Assembly (NCBI GenBank): GCA_013115145.1
Contig: JAAPAO010000116.1
Coordinates: 1 to 64,000, forward strand
DNA: 64,000 nucleotides
Source of the DNA: Perkinsus chesapeaki ATCC PRA-425
Lineage: Eukaryota > Protista > Perkinsozoa
Direction of reading: 5' to 3'
The notes below the pieces were generated by a model that was not told the origin of the DNA, did not search any database, and was given only the letters and a program-made list of their open reading frames with translations. Positions 21,476 to 35,284 of the stretch are shown here, piece after piece (position 1 is the stretch's first letter; each line of letters opens with the position of its first letter). The translations under genes and the position numbers were made by a program.

Positions 21476-22718
21476 TTAGCAATGCGTGGACTCTGAAGCT
21501 CTCCTGATGTTCGTTGCCAGTGCATAAAAAAGGGAAGACTTATCCCAATGGAAGAGATCTTGCGTGAAGCCGGCGCCACCTTCCAGCATGATGCCGCGCA
21601 GATTATACTGCTGCGCCAATGGTATCTTATCAACGAGACGGGTCTGGGAGAAAAAGTAATAGCCATCCTGTGTAGTTTTGTTGAATATAACTGATCCATT
21701 GCCCTTGGGGTCAGCGTTGTAGTCGTATACCATAGAAGAGTAACCTTCATCCGAAGGGAAATCCGAGCGTCTAGCGAGAAGGGGTACCTGAGAGTGAGAC
21801 GCAAGATGCTCCAGGAGGGCAACGACATTATTAGTTAATGCACAGCGTACACTCGGCACATCTTTTACCTGTACGATCATCCCTTCAGGTTTTGCTCCAG
21901 CACGGGTGGCGTTATTGATTGCTTCTCTTGTGTAGCTGTCTGTGTTGAATACGCGGGTCAGATCTTCATATCTGGGCCGCAGCGCAACGAAGTTGAGGTC
22001 GGCGATCCTCGCGAGACCACTGGCCTCTACCGCTTGCCAATCGTTGCACGAGAACCTGGGAACCACGACTAATAAAGCTAAGCCACTACGCGGAAGCAGA
22101 ACTATGAGTAGGGCCGCAGAGAGTCCTCGACTACCAATTATATACTCACGCGAGTGCCGATGTTAAGTGCAATTTTCTCAAAGCCTCGAAGAACTTTTGC
22201 AAACTCTTCATCTCGATCTCAGCCAGAAAGGGGCCAAAAGAAAAGCCACTCACTGGATACTTGCTCACGAAGTCCTGAACGCTTTCCACGAAAATAGGCT
22301 CGTTGAAGTCCCTGGTGTCAAATATCTCCAAACGGGCCAGAATTGACCCCCCTTTGGCTTTAACCTTTTCAGACAAGCGCAAGAAATCGGTCTCGTTCCA
22401 GGAGGTGGAAAAAAGTTGTAAAATTCTGCTCTCGTCCAACGCATATCCGCCAAACACGAAGCTCTGGCCTCCCAAGTCTAACACCCTGTCAAAATAGGAA
22501 CCCCAAGTATAGCCCGGATTGTCAGGACAAAGCTTTTTGTTTGAGCAAGACGGGGACTCTTTCATGACCCAGGGGCTGTAAACATCTTTGTAGAAATGCA
22601 AGTGGTTAGCCGTAGCCAGTCCACCGACAGAGAGAATGTATGCAGTTGTCAGCATTAGTAACGGCCGCGTCGGAGGATAGAGCACGTTGTGGCCGAAAGA
22701 CTGGGAACTCATCAACAA
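21476..22718 (-). CDS. GH18 chitinase-like secreted protein, non-catalytic, copy 3
   Basis: ORFs 22146-22718 and 21476-22066 are paralogous to copies 1 and 2; FVSKYPVSGFSFGP at the DxDxE position. Confidence 0.68.
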
Positions 22719-23955
22719 TCAGTCTTCTATAGCTAATATACTAGTCTCCCTCTCGCATGGGGGGGGGGGGTGCGCCATAATGGCACGAACTTGGCAAAAG
22801 ATTAACCGACAATGTTGCTCCTGAGCCAAAGCGAAGGTGACACATGCTAGTTCTTATTATAAGTTGTGATTAAAGATTAGTTATCAGTTTTGGTAATTCA
22901 GCGTTCTTCCGGTAGTCCTCGCTGTACTTGTGCTCGTGGTGGCGCGCGGCCAAATCATAGAGCAAGCGATCTGTCTCCCTCGGCCAGGCGTTTCCCAACA
23001 GTAGTCCCCTGTTCTCATCTTTCTGCGCGATCCGCTCACCGTTCAAGGACAAGTGTATCGTGTTCTCGAGCCTCTGTGGCTTCCGTGCTCTATTTGAAGA
23101 ACTAAAACGAGATTTCCCGTCCATACTTTTGCAGCGCCGGTGGCTCCGAGTGTTCCTTGCGGGAGTTTTTTTCAATTCTCTCCCCATCCACGCCCAGATC
23201 TAACTCAACGGATCCGGCAGAAGTCGCGACAAAGTTTTTTGCCACTAGGCTCAGACGTTTATCTTGAGCTTATGCATACTAAATTATAACTCTTGGTAGT
23301 AACTCAACATTCAGGAAGTTCAAGTGAGAATTCCTATCTCACACAACAATCTTTTCAATCCATTTTTAAGTCAGCTATTATCAAACACTATCTACATCAA
23401 GTAAGAAAACAGATTACAGAGTTGGTGGTGGTGCAGGTGGTACATATCGCTGATTACACAACAACAACAGCGCCTGATGGGACTTCCCCCAAATTCTTGG
23501 GAAACATCCGAGGCAAACAACAACAATGATGATGATATGTAGCGCACAGACGGCCGACACAGGCCCGTGAAATGCAGTATTCAGGGGCCTTTAATAGTAA
23601 CTAGTAGTAGTCTATCATTAAGGCCAATCGCCATGTAAGGGAAAACACAAGATTAAAATATTCATCATGGTGGCTATATCGAGTGGTATATTCGACAGCA
23701 CCATAAACAACAACAACGAAGGAAGAACGACTGAGCCTGATATCACCACAACTTCTAAACACCATCGGCAAATTTATACAAGGGAGCATGCGCTCATAAG
23801 ATAGAATAGCATTAGCGATGCTATAAGGGAGGAGGAGGGCTGCCACCATCAACAGACAGTCGCACTTATCATCATTAGCATGATCACCACACGGACTCGT
23901 TCGAAAGGTAGCACTACTACCCTACATCAGGGAGGAGGTGTCATGTTACAGGCAT

Positions 23956-26481
23956 TCAGAAGGGTCGAGCGTTATTAGTATTTCCAGCTGGATTTGGGGC
24001 ATACAACTGACCAGCTCCCGCGCTAACTTGTCGTTGAACACCGGGAGGATTTGCAGCAGGCGCAGTATTGCCCATCATCATGGCTTGATAAGGATTAGGC
24101 ATAGCTCGGACGCCTCCAGCCGCCGCCGCAGCAGCAGCAGCATTCATCATTTCAAAGGACTTCTGCGAAGAGCCAGCTACAGACATGTCGCCTGTCGCCG
24201 ATGCTGCTGCTGGGACTGGTGGTGTGCGACTTTGGTACGCCAAGGGATCCATGGGGGCCCCATTCGGAAATGCAGGAGGCATGACGGCCATCGGCGGTGC
24301 AGTGAATGTAGCCGGAGGAGTTGCTGGGCGCTTGGGCACGGTATTGCCGAAGCCAACACGTACCGGTCTCGGCGGATGTCCCACAGGCCTGAAAGCGAAC
24401 AACATTCCCCACGCAACTCGAGCCGCGATTTCTTACTTCGCATGAGCACGGCAAAGCGTTTCGATAGCATTGTCCAGACTCACACACTGTACAATCGCCA
24501 TGTGATGCTGCTCGTTGAGGAAACGGATACCAGTGTACTGGCAACCTGACGCATCCAACAACTGACGGAGATCCTAAAACAAGAGCAGTGCTGCTTCCAG
24601 ATCCTCGAACTTCAGCGAAGAAGAGCCTACCTCTTCTGTGGTTCCATGAGGCATATTAGAAAAATACAAACTGGAGCTCGGAGGGAACGGCCGACTCGTT
24701 TGATCGGGGCGGTGACGAGCGTACAGGTAACTTTGGCTGGTATAGTCTCGGCTAAGTCGATCGGCTTCAGTCTGTTCAGCTCCTAAAAACACCAGCGATC
24801 ATCACCAGCGCCGGCCGCAACGACCGTCTCACCTGGTGGAGGGATCGGCGGCAACTCACGGCCACCTTTACTCATCTCCATAGTCAACTTGTTACCGTGC
24901 AGTCGGATGCCCTTCAAATGGGCAATAGCGGTATGGCACTCTCCAACGGTTTGCATTTGCACCTGAAATAAAATATAAAACATCATCTTCCACATATTCT
25001 CGATTTTTCTACCAAAGCACTGTTCCTCGCTTTATACATGATCTTAACCTTTACGACGTTACCGTAAACCGCGAAGAGCGCCGCAAGGTCATCCGGGGTG
25101 GTATCATTCTCATTCAAACCGAGAACAAAAACAACCGGTGTGGCGGCGACTGAATGAAACCAACACAAATGACATCGGTCAATTTACGTTTATATTTTCT
25201 TACCTCCATTGACACCGCGTTGCTGAGGACCGAGTAAACCAGATCCCGCCATTGCACCAGGAGGGCCACCTGACCGGAGAAGGAAATGAGCAATTACCAA
25301 GTTGAGCGCCTCTTACTTGGCAGGCTTGGATTGGTGTAGTCCCAAGAACGTTCATTGTTGTATTTAACCTCTAATTTGTTTAACTCGGAGAACTGCACGC
25401 GTATGGTGTTGCAGTGCGTGAAGATGTTCTGCCCGTCCAACTGGCTTTTGGCGGCCACTGAAAAATGAAAAACTGATAAAACGGCAACCCAGTGACGACC
25501 TACCGGCCGACTCGAGAGTGCTCATCTGGATGAGACAATGAGTGGCATTGCCGCGAGTGAAAATGACAACCTTCTCCAAAGCATTGTAGCGACTCATCAC
25601 CTGACGCCGAGGTAGAATAATACCACGGATGCGCATCTGTCTACTAACCTGTGCAATCATGGACACGTTCACAGGATAGACCACATTGGTGATGGTGAAC
25701 AAAAGGATGCGGTTCGGCGGGTGAAGATCGGGGTACTAATGGCAAAATAGGATAGCGAAATTACTACCACATCGTCCTTACTCTTCTGCCGGTGATCTCG
25801 GTAAAGCGAGATATCGCGAAGTCCAAGCGCTGGCCGTCGATGGTTAGGGGATTGGCGCTGTAGTAGGCGTGACATCGACGAGCCTCGGTCTCGTTCTCAA
25901 ACTCGATGAATCCATGTCTCTTGTCACGAAGAATCAGTATATTCGTAACTCGACCGAAGGACTGGCAGTAGGCGACGAGATTCTGCTCGCTGAGGGACAT
26001 GGGGATATTGCGGACATAGAGCACCTGACGAGATTGCCGCATCCAACGAAAACTAAACATATTCGAAATGCACCTTGCTGTTCCCGTGAGATGCCGCGGA
26101 TGAAGCCGGGGAGGAGGCAACTTGGTAACCCATGGAGCCATTCGACTGAAAAGATGCCACTCTGAAAAACACACATCGATCAAAGCTTACCGGCAAGGAC
26201 GCAGCGGCCATAGTGGGCGTGGCAGTGGTGTTGACGGTCGCATTGCCCGGAGTAGAGTTCGGCACAGTAGTGCTGTGCGGGGAGAAGTCAGCACCTGATC
26301 CTACCACCTGCTGCTGGTAGGCCTTCTGGTCATTCGCAGGCGACGAGGTCCCCGTCGCTATACTAGCGGGAACACCTCCCGCCGCAGATGGCCCAACCTT
26401 GGCTTGCTGCTGCTGCTGATCCGGAGACACAGTCGGGGTTGTGGTTGAGGATGATGATTGGTTATCAATGTTTGCAGACAT
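23956..26481 (-). CDS. Polypyrimidine-tract-binding/hnRNP-L-like 4-RRM protein, paralog 1 (multi-exon)
   Basis: RRM1 [15 protein letters not shown]; RRM2 [49 protein letters not shown]; RRM3 [23 protein letters not shown]; RRM4 [12 protein letters not shown]; low-complexity termini. Confidence 0.88.
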
Positions 26482-27489
26482 GAATATATAGTATGGTAAA
26501 TGTAGTCAAATAGACAATAACGGACTTGTTGATGTTCTTGTGGTTGGTAGAGTATAACTACTTCTTGATGAGGAGGAACTGGTACAAGTTACTGTGCACA
26601 ACGGTAAAGCGTAAAGTTAGTCGCAAAAAAATAAACAGCAGTTGTGACAGTGAATTCTGTTTGAAAAAAAACAATGACTCGATTCGAAGGCGCTTCTTCT
26701 TAGTAGTAGCGGCGATGACGAGGAGGAGGCAGACAAGAGTTTAGAGAAAGGAACCCAAACAGTCTGAAAAACGAATAACTGCTGCTGCTGCTGCCGCCGC
26801 CCAAAACCGACGACCCCCTGTTGCCACTAGCGCGGAGATTTGCCTTAGCTAAGAAAGAAAGCCTCGAAAAAAGGGGGCATCACACTCAACCGTATAAAGA
26901 CAACGAACGAATCGGCAGCAGCAATCGGAAGGAAATGCCAACGACCGCCCATCAAAGAGCGCGAACCTGAGATGTAAGTTACCAAAAGGAAGCCTACTAC
27001 TAGAACTACCAACTTTTTCTAGCACAACGGGGACAGAATGGCCAGGCGCAACACAATCGGTGGTTGAAACAGATAGCACAGCGACGCTACTGCCGTTAGA
27101 CAGTCCCACGCTAGTAAAAGATATCTTTTCAGCAGCACCACCGTAAATCGAATTGTCCTTGGGGGCGCAGGGTTGCGCTATTTTTTTGCCTGCACGCATG
27201 CGTCTGATGGGCAGATGTTTCTGCAGAGGTTAAATTCGGTAAACGCTCTTCGTACGCCACTTGTACTCTTTCCAACACACCATTCTTAAAAAGCTACTAT
27301 CAAATTACACTTGCTGCTCGAATGCTCCCTTCTGTCGCCTGCTCCGCCCGCGGTCGATACTGTTCGTTCATTAATATTTCACTATTACTCGAGCTTGCAC
27401 TGAGGCCGAAAGAGTAACCCTAGAGCACCTATCACTGACCAGTGGTCAGTGACCACTTCGGCGGCAGTAAGGTAATTTACAATGGCAGA

Positions 27490-28200
27490 TCATGCTACTT
27501 AACCCCTGATACTCTCATGCTTGACTGTCATATATCTCCTGCACAACGCAGCCAGGGACCGTTGTGTTCGAGAAGGAATGACTTAGACGTTTCTTTCTCC
27601 CTCGGCATTTGCCGAAATTCCCACTAGAGCTAGGCACTTGCAGCACCTTCCACGAGGCTAGACCTAGCCTGAAATGCGCAACACTCGCTTTCCAGCGGAA
27701 AACATGTATCTTCAAGAGTCATCCACGACTCGTAGAGTTCGGCTTGCAGCAACCAACGGAAGCAGCACTTTGAGTGCATCAACTGGGATCAACGAGTGCC
27801 TAGGCTGATCGATTAGCGTCTGAACATCAAGAATCAAGGTATCTGTGAATTAGAGCTAGGCTCAGCTTAGTATTAGGCTGCTGCCATTTCTCACACGATC
27901 ATCATCATCACTAAACACTACCATTTAGACCACCCCCTTTATTACATCCCTTTTCCCTCAACAATCGCTGTTCTATCAAACTAGCAACATCTCCACCATT
28001 CTGATCTGCCAATCTAATACTACCAGAACCTCCTTCGCCAACATAACATCGAGGACAAGACACGTTCCGAAGCATGCGCTGTAAAGCCCAGAGGTCCGTA
28101 ACATTATCCACTTTTCAGGAGTAAAGGCTGACCCGTCTCCAGTCAGCCGCTGCGCAATGTTGGGATATTATGGAGCCTTAGGCGACATCCTTTCCCTAAT
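27490..28200 (-). CDS. Hypothetical spliced gene between the two PTB-like paralogs
   Basis: Exon-like frames (YPNIAQRLTGDGSAFTPE.., TLILDVQTLIDQPRHSLIPVDALKVLLPLVAASRTLRV) flanked by gt..ag. No family recognised; boundaries approximate. Confidence 0.25.
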
Positions 28201-28901
28201 ACAAAGAGATACAATGCCCCTCCTCCTTCTCCCCAGTATATGCTTTAATTAACATGACTCAACAAAAGGCTTATAACCAGGCAGGTCCACAGACGAACTG
28301 GAGGAGATCAATTCGCCGCCATCATCATCAAAGTCTCACACTGGGTTGCCTCAAAATATCCTTACATCCTTCACAGCAGCATACTATAACTATTATTATT
28401 ATTACCGCCGCCACCGCGACATTACAGAGCTTGCCGAACTCCACAATAAACCTTGCAAAGGCTAACATCAGGCAAGGGCAACGATATAATAGTGAAAACT
28501 AACCGTAACACCACCGCCGCTGCAGCAGCCGCAGCAGCAGCAGGAGTAGAGAAAACGCTGGTAGAGAGAGTCTGACTGTAAATTCGTGCACTAACGAAGA
28601 CACGCTAAAGAAGGTATCATAGCTCCAAGCATGCATTTGTTAGCGCTAATACCTCATGTCAGAGTAAGAGAACGTCTTATTTTAACCGGCACCAAAATTA
28701 AATTCTCAACTGTCCTCATACAGCGGTATAGATATCATAACTGGTACCAGCTGTTATCGTCTTTTAATAATAAGATACTCTATGCGCGCCTTCTGTAACA
28801 AAGCGCTTATCACCATGTGACGTCTACAAATAATAAGGCAGCAAATAATGACCGATAGAGACAATATATAAAAATAACACCAGTACGGCGGCTGCCACCA
28901 G

Positions 28902-31726
28902 TTAGAAGTTCTGATTCCCTCCTGCTTGCTGTTGCCTAACGCTGGCGAGCAGCATCTCCGGCCCTACGCCACCCGAAGCCTGCTGCATATTGTGCTGAGA
29001 GTGAGATCTTCGACTGCCGCCGGGGCTCGGACCAGTCACACCATGGCCAAAGCCAATACGGCATGGTCTAGGAGGGTTACCAACCAACCTAATATCCAAC
29101 TTACACATCATCATCTTCATCACTCAACACTTACCTCCCGTGAGCCCGGCAGAGCGTGGTGATAGCATTATCAATTGTCAAGCACTGAACAATAGCGATG
29201 TGGTGCTGCTCGTCCAGAAATCGTATACTCGAGAACTCGCAGCCGACCGAACTCAGCACGTTGGCCAGATCCTGAGGGGCGTCATTTCCCAACACTTTGA
29301 ATAATCCGCCGGCTACTTGATCGCTGCAGTTGTCCGGCATATTGGAAATGTGTAGACTGGTACTTGGCGCGTATGGTTTGGTCATCTTGTCTGCTCTATG
29401 GCGACCGTAAAGATTCCCTTGAGACGAATAGTCCTTGGTAAGCTGCTCGACTCCAGCGCGGTTTGAGGGTGTACCTGCTGCTGACCCCATCCCGACACCA
29501 TCCCTGCTCCTCCTCCTCACTTGGCGGTATCGGTGGTATATTGCCTCCCTTGCTCATCTCCATGGTAAGTTGGCAACCAAACAGCCATACGTCTTGAAGA
29601 TAGGATATAGCTGTCCGGCACTGCTGCATATCTTGCATTTGAACCTGTTTCGCACTATACAGATAGGAAACGCGACCGAGTGTTGAGAGGTCACGTGGAA
29701 CGGATGGCAAGAAGATAAAGTCCTACTGATACGTGCCATAACAGCTGTGTGTTAAAAGGTCAAAAGCCTATACTATTATATATAATATATTATTAAGACT
29801 AATATCATTATATACGTCATCGATATTGATACTCAAAGATGGTGGCCTCAGATATGATACCAGGTACTATTTATAACAGGGACGCTTCATCCCACCACCA
29901 CCACTGCGACCACATTAGCCACTCCCTTACCAGAGCCGTATGCCTTGCCTTGAACATGATCTTCACTCTAACTACATTCCCATACACTGCAAACAACGCA
30001 GCCAGGTCATCAGGTCTCGTCTCCTGTTCGTTTAAGCCGTGTACAATCACCACTGGTGCGGCCCCTGACCAACACCGCATTAGTAGCACCAACATGTCGC
30101 TACGGAACTACCCGCAGCGGTCGGTGTTCCAAAGCCAGCAGCTGTAGCCAAGCCCGCATTCCCTCCAGCGCTCATACTCGCCTGAAGAGCCGCGGCGGCA
30201 GCAGCCATGGCAGCCGAAGGATTCTAAAAGAAGCAACGGTAATGGGCCATTTATTATATTATTATTAAGCGAAGCGTAGCAGGACCACGAGCAGTATTAA
30301 AGCTCGAATACGAACTGGCAAAGCGAAACTACAAAGAAAGATTTCCGCTTGCTCTTCCTCACGATGCTTGCCGAAAACGCTTGAAAACTATCCTATATTC
30401 GACGCGGTAAATTGATTCCAAATTGGCCCGTTTAAAATAACAAACCATCTAAAACTAGCGCAATAAGCCCGAAGATGATCAGGCCTCTCATCGCTTCCTT
30501 ACCTGCAGGTTAGCCTGGGATAAAGCATTCATCGCCTGTACGTAGTTAAAGTTGGCCATAAGGTTGGCAGGTGATTGTCCACCAGCCGCGCCGCTCAGCA
30601 ATTGCTGTTGGTGCGACGGTGTCAGCGTGCTCGGACCGGGACCGGCTGAGTCGGAAAACTGTCCGACATGGCCAAGAGGACCCAACTCACATATCAAACT
30701 GGGGTTTGTGAAGTCCCAACTTCTTTCGTTGTTCTGTTTTACTTCCAGTTGAGGCAAGGAGGAATACTGTACCTTTATAGTGTTGCAACCAGCGTATATA
30801 TTTTGCCCGTCTAACTGGGCCTTGGCGATATCTGACAATCGACAAACGACTGCGTTCTTTAGAATGCCACAAAGCCCCACTTGCGGTCTCCAGATCGGCC
30901 AGCTGCACCAAAGCCTGCACGGCATTGCCGCGATTGAATACAATCACCTTCTCGAGGCCACCGAATTTATTCATCACCTAGCAGTGAGGAGCTTCGGCTA
31001 CTCGGCATCGAAGTCTCAACTACTTGAGAAATGACGTCCACGGTCACCGGGTAAACGAGATTCGTTATTGTGAAGAGTAGTATATGATTGGGTGGGTTGG
31101 AGTCGGGGTCCTAAGAGCTCAATAACGCCTGCTACAACGAGCCTTCGTCTATACCTTCCGTGCAGTTATCTCGCTCCTACCGGAATAGGCGAACTCCAAT
31201 CTGTGACCGGTCACTAGAAGGGGGTTCGCATTGTAGTAGTTATGACACTTCACCGCCGAAGATTCGTCCTGACTTCCACAATCGATCGACGACGACCATG
31301 CGGGCCTCTGAACTCACCTCAAACTCGACGAATCCATGTCTCTTGTCTCTGAGCAGTAAAATGTTAACCACTCTTCCGAAGGTAAGGCAGTAGGCGATGA
31401 TATCTTGCTCGGTCACCGACTCAGGGATATTGCGAACATAAAGGACCTGCGGATGATGATGCGTCTGCGGTCTGAAAGGATTGAACTAATGACATGAAAG
31501 CTTACCTTGGATGGCTGGTGAGCAGGCTGGGATGGTGACGCACCGCCATCCTGAGAATGCAAATCACAGTGACCAGTGGCATCCTTAGGCTTACCCTATT
31601 GGGGCTCTGACCACCACCGTTGGCATCGAGCTCGTGCGTAATACTGCTAGTAGGCAACTGAGGCGGAGTGGATTTGGTAACATTCAATGGTTGTTGGTCA
31701 TCTTCGGGTTGTTGTTTTTCAGACAT
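28902..31726 (-). CDS. Polypyrimidine-tract-binding/hnRNP-L-like 4-RRM protein, paralog 2 (multi-exon)
   Basis: [103 protein letters not shown]; colinear with paralog 1. Confidence 0.88.
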
Positions 31727-31949
31727 GATTGCTTCACTTGTTCTTCTTTTGGTTATCAGACTGCACTTGGTACTTTATGGGAAATTAGAAATACCAAACA
31801 GATAACAATAAGTTAGTGGTAAGGAGGAGGAGGAGGAGTCCAACAAATGAAAGAAGGAAAAAGAGGAGCGTCTGAAAAGAAGGAAGCAAAAATCGAATTA
31901 ACTTGGGCCGATGAAATTATCGTTCCTTAAAGACATCCAATCACCATCC

Positions 31950-32636
31950 AACCCTCACTTCTGCCGCCTATCGGTCGAAAGCCAGCCTGGCTTGATAGCG
32001 TTCAAGACCTGCGCGCGAAAGGTGAACGCGAACACTGCATTGTTATTAGCGCACGCCCTTCTAATCGATTTGGGCTTCGAGCGACATAGTTGTCACCGAA
32101 ATGTTACTATAGATTATACTGCATAGTGGTAGGAAGTTATCTTCAGGTCGAATAGGGTGGTATCTTAGGTTGAAGCTAGGATTGAGTGGAAGTATGCAAT
32201 CTCTATTATAGTAACTTATAACATATAAAGGGGTCACCAGCGATGCAATTGCTGTGATATCATCCGATAGGACTATTCGGTGCAAATATGTCCCCCGCGT
32301 CTCTGCCACCGCTACCTGACATCACCTTACCGGAGCACGCCTTCGATGTTCGATTTCATCCAGCTGAGCAACTTGTAGCTTCGGCGACAATTTCAGGCGA
32401 CATTCTTTTCCACACGTGGGTGCACGCATCAACCTAAGATTCTTCTCAAGTCCGCAGATACGATCAAGATTCCCGCGAGGTCGAAAAGGTGGGGCACTTC
32501 CACACTCATCGACAAAGCTGTCGAACAGTTCGATGGCAGCCAGTGCGAGGCGACTGGATAATGACAGGATCGGCGGATGGAACGTAATAGTTTGCTCTAC
32601 CAACTTTCGCCTTGTTAAAGATACTGCATTAAACAA
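31950..32636 (-). CDS. Hypothetical protein (spliced), divergent from WDR55
   Basis: 104-codon ORF from ATG 32636 ending at a gtaagg donor, with a further exon VAVAETRGTYLHRIVLSDDITAIASL. No family recognised; 3' end uncertain. Confidence 0.3.
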
Positions 32637-32779
32637 GTAAACAATGATTATAAGGTGGATATGATTGCCCGACGGCCAAGTGTGAAAATGGGCAGATGAT
32701 CCACTGGAAGTCGGGGACCGATTCTCCGCTGCTGAATTTTAATTTAATCAGTTTTAGTGGCCAAAAAAGTCCTTCTCGC

Positions 32780-33941
32780 CCTCACCGTGTTTCTGGCCCC
32801 TCAGAGTAGCGCAGAACGATCGATCCGGTCAGCGACTTTGGCAGTCCTCGAAGATGGACGCTGGCGTCTCTACCTTCGAAGTAGTCAACGAAACAGGCTT
32901 AGCTGTTGCAGGATCGGACGAGGGTCAGATTGTAGGTTTTGATCCGAGAATAAAGGGGAAGAATAGTAATAAAGTGGTCGGGGAAATTACCGAGCCTACG
33001 GGCTTCCCAAGTTCATGTCTTCTGAGATATCGTCTTCGCGGGGCCTTTGTGAAATTGCGATTTAGACGTCTCGCGAGTAGCGTGTCTTGATGGATGAATA
33101 CCTATACTGGCACTGTGTGTGAGTCTATTCTTATTCTACTCTTCCGTGTGATCGGTCTTGGCCTGGCTTTCCGAATTCGCTTCTTCTAGGCGCGGTGGTG
33201 AAGTTCGGCGATGAGGATCGCCAAGAGGACTTCATCACTCAGTTGCTTGTCGAGAATGACGGGAAGTCGTTGCTGTCCACTTGCGGTGATGCAACCCTCG
33301 CCTGCTACGACTTAAGATTCAACAAGCATAAGTTGAAGGCTATGAGCGACTCCCAGGAGAGCGAGCTCCTGTCGATGTGCATTGTGAAAGAAGGCAAGAA
33401 ACTGCTCACTGGTGACCAAAACGGAGTAGTGGGCATCTGGAACTATGACTTCTGGGGTGATGTGCGGGACAGAATCACCCACATGCAGAATGTGACGTCG
33501 ATCGACAATATGATTGCTTTGGACGACTCGACGGTTATTTGTGGGGGAGGTGACGGATACGTTCGCGTTTTCACGGTTTTCCCGAACGCTGTCCGTGGGG
33601 TTCTGGGAGGGCATACGGAGGCTAGCACGGGCAAGGTGATGGCCGCAGAGATTGAGGGCATGCATGCTGACCTCGATGAAGGATTGGTGGCGACGGTCGG
33701 ACAGGATTACCGTGTGAAGTTTTGGAAGGTCGAGGATGCTCTAAGAATGGCGAGAGGCGAGGGGAAGGAGTCTGACAGTGAATCGGATGAGGAGGAAGGA
33801 CCGAAGGAAAAGCTGACGAAGGCAAAACGACAGAAACTTAAACGAAAGGCGGCTCAGGTCGGCAAGTTGAAAAACACGGCGAGCGTCAACGCGAAAAAGG
33901 CGAACACGAAGGCCTTCTTCCGCGACCTTGACGACCTTTAA
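32780..33941 (+). CDS. WDR55: WD40-repeat protein WDR55/JIP5 (ribosome biogenesis); 5' exons approximate
   Basis: QEDFITQL..LLSTCGDATLACYDLR..SDSQESELLSMCIVKEGKKLLTGDQNGVVGIW..WGDVRDRI, plus an acidic/basic tail ending FFRDLDDL, as in WDR55/Jip5. Confidence 0.8.
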
Positions 33942-34023
33942 CGTTCTCTACGTACTTTATACTGGAAGTGTTTGGTTACTCAATTTTAAGGGAGTTACGA
34001 CCGCAGTTGTTGTTTGGGCAGCG

Positions 34024-35252
34024 ATGACGTCGTTTAGTCCAGCGGGTGCCTCAGGGGTGACAGAAGGGGTGAAAGAATTCAGAGAACCGAGAATGATCTT
34101 GTCTTTGCGCAGGCCGTTCTCATACCTCAACCCAGTGCTCGAGATATTGTCAACCAGTCTATAATATTGCGGAGATCAATATCTCATACGGGCTTACCAC
34201 CGGGAACGTTCGGTGAGATACCGTGGAGTGTCGCAGGACGGCAGCGATAACGGTTTGAGGATAGGTCCGAAAATGGCGCAACGTCGAGTGACGGAACACA
34301 AGGAGACAGAAAGTAGACCATATCGTTCACGCAAAAGTAGGCGATTTTCGAAAGATCTCGGATCGATAGTCCGAGCTCAGGCTTGTCCAAGGACCCCCAC
34401 AGCGGAGCTGTTGATCACTTACTGTATCTTATCGAACCACCAGTAACCGCGCGCAGTGTCGAGGAGTTCAGGCTGCAGTTTGGTGTGTTACTTGACACAT
34501 TAAGGGAGCTGGAGGTAAGAGTCATCGAGGGAATGCTGGAGAATTGAGTTCAGATGAGAGACGAGGATAGATCGCAGGCTCTGCGGGAATGTAACCGATT
34601 GAAAGCTCGATTGAAGGGGGAGACGCTTTATAGGAAGGAGCTTGGCGCGGCACGGGAAGGCTTATGTGAAGAGGTGCAGTCACTGCAGGATGACGATCTT
34701 AGTGACGACCTGGCTGCAGTTGAGAAATCGACATGAACTCCTGAACAGTCGGTTGAGGAGTTTAGAGAAGGTGGAAGATGCCATACAGTCCGCAACAGAG
34801 TCGAACGAGAGGCTTCGGGAAAGTATACGGAAGACCGATGCCGAGATCGGAAAGACGCAGAAAATCGTAACTGCCAAGCTGACGCTGGCGTCGTCGAGGT
34901 TTCCTGGCAGGATGAAAGTTATCGCCGCCGAGCAGCCGAACTGTATAAGGAGATAAAGAGGCTGGTCGATAATGGGGATAGCGACGTCGCTTCAGCAAGC
35001 GGCGTCACGTCACGCTCAATGTGAGTTCACCAAATTTTGTCTTGTTATTCCTCGAGCACTGCTGTTCATCATGTGGCGAGTATCTGGTGCAGGTCCTCTG
35101 AGAAGAGTTCAGAGCCTCCCCGAATGAGCATCATCTCTAATATGCTTCTAGACGCCGATGGTGACTCAACTGACGGCCAGTCGTCCGATTATTCGGCGAG
35201 TGAAATCTCATTAGAGCTGGCGCCTCGTAAAGTGGAAGTCGTAAACTTGTAG
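34024..35252 (+). CDS. Hypothetical coiled-coil protein (multi-exon, boundaries approximate)
   Basis: Heptad-rich exons (MRDEDRSQALRECNRLKARLKGE..; HELLNSRLRSLEKVEDAIQSATESNERLRESIRKTDAEIGKTQK) separated by short gt..ag segments. Confidence 0.4.
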
Positions 35253-35284
35253 AACAGCAAGAAAGCAGTTGCGCTTTTCTGACC

